A DNA stretch of 32,000 bases from Geotalea daltonii FRC-32. Lineage in GTDB: Bacteria > Desulfobacterota > Desulfuromonadia > Geobacterales > Geobacteraceae. Shown here piece by piece: positions 31,908 to 32,000 of this stretch; position 1 is the stretch's first letter, and each line of letters starts with the position of its first letter. The notes beneath the pieces were generated by a model. That model was not told where the DNA came from. It saw nothing but the letters and a program-made list of their open reading frames with translations, and did no database searches. Where the stretch lies: NCBI RefSeq assembly GCF_000022265.1, contig NC_011979.1:3510001-3542000 (forward strand), given 5' to 3'. Made by a program: the position numbers and the translations under genes.

Positions 31908-32000
31908 TGTTCCTCCTCCTTTTCGTGATGGTCCCGCAGGAAGCAACCAGCACCTTTTGCAGAACCCCGGGATGTCATTCCAGTTTTCAATACGCGGTAC

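Overview
The window looks like a Desulfuromonadales/Geobacter-type chromosome. This is inferred from about 50-58% G+C, a GEMM-I riboswitch, a radical-SAM peptide maturase locus, sigma54 regulation and a hyp cluster. It has four blocks.

(1) 1-11425: 15 co-directional minus-strand genes. No phage, T6SS or transposase genes were recognised.
- Three DUF2589-like paralogues.
- Two signal-less peptidoglycan hydrolases carrying PG_binding_1 domains (a GH46/lysozyme-like one and a CHAP one), each next to a small secreted or lipoprotein partner.
- A stand-alone HNH (GH-E-like) nuclease.
- An amidohydrolase.
- A strongly AT-rich 415-aa gene of unknown function.
- A membrane-anchored DUF2235/Tle1-like lipase.
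- This is the best candidate for an undescribed system.

(2) 11426-14224: a repeat-rich intergenic region, followed by an operon of a 110-aa helical protein, a patatin phospholipase and an XRE regulator. Upstream of that operon are three exactly phased 57-bp repeats with palindromic cores.

(3) 14225-21607: a TonB-dependent receptor and a periplasmic binding protein, divergent from a 33-aa acidic-leader Cys-Cys peptide that is absent from the ORF track. After the peptide come a terminator hairpin, a radical SAM/SPASM maturase translationally coupled to a HAMP histidine kinase, and a convergent sigma54 response regulator with its own -24/-12 promoter.

(4) 21700-32000: a PNPOx-like gene, a PilZ gene and hypEDCFB. 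hypA is separated from hypB by an opposite-strand CAP/SCP lipoprotein gene under an apparent GEMM-I riboswitch. Two envelope proteins follow (LPP20-like and TPR/SLH lipoprotein).

An 88-nt element occurs twice (11777-11923 and 21711-21798), once carrying a nested 59-nt palindromic insertion.

All family assignments are by-eye motif recognition. Nothing was searched or computed with tools.
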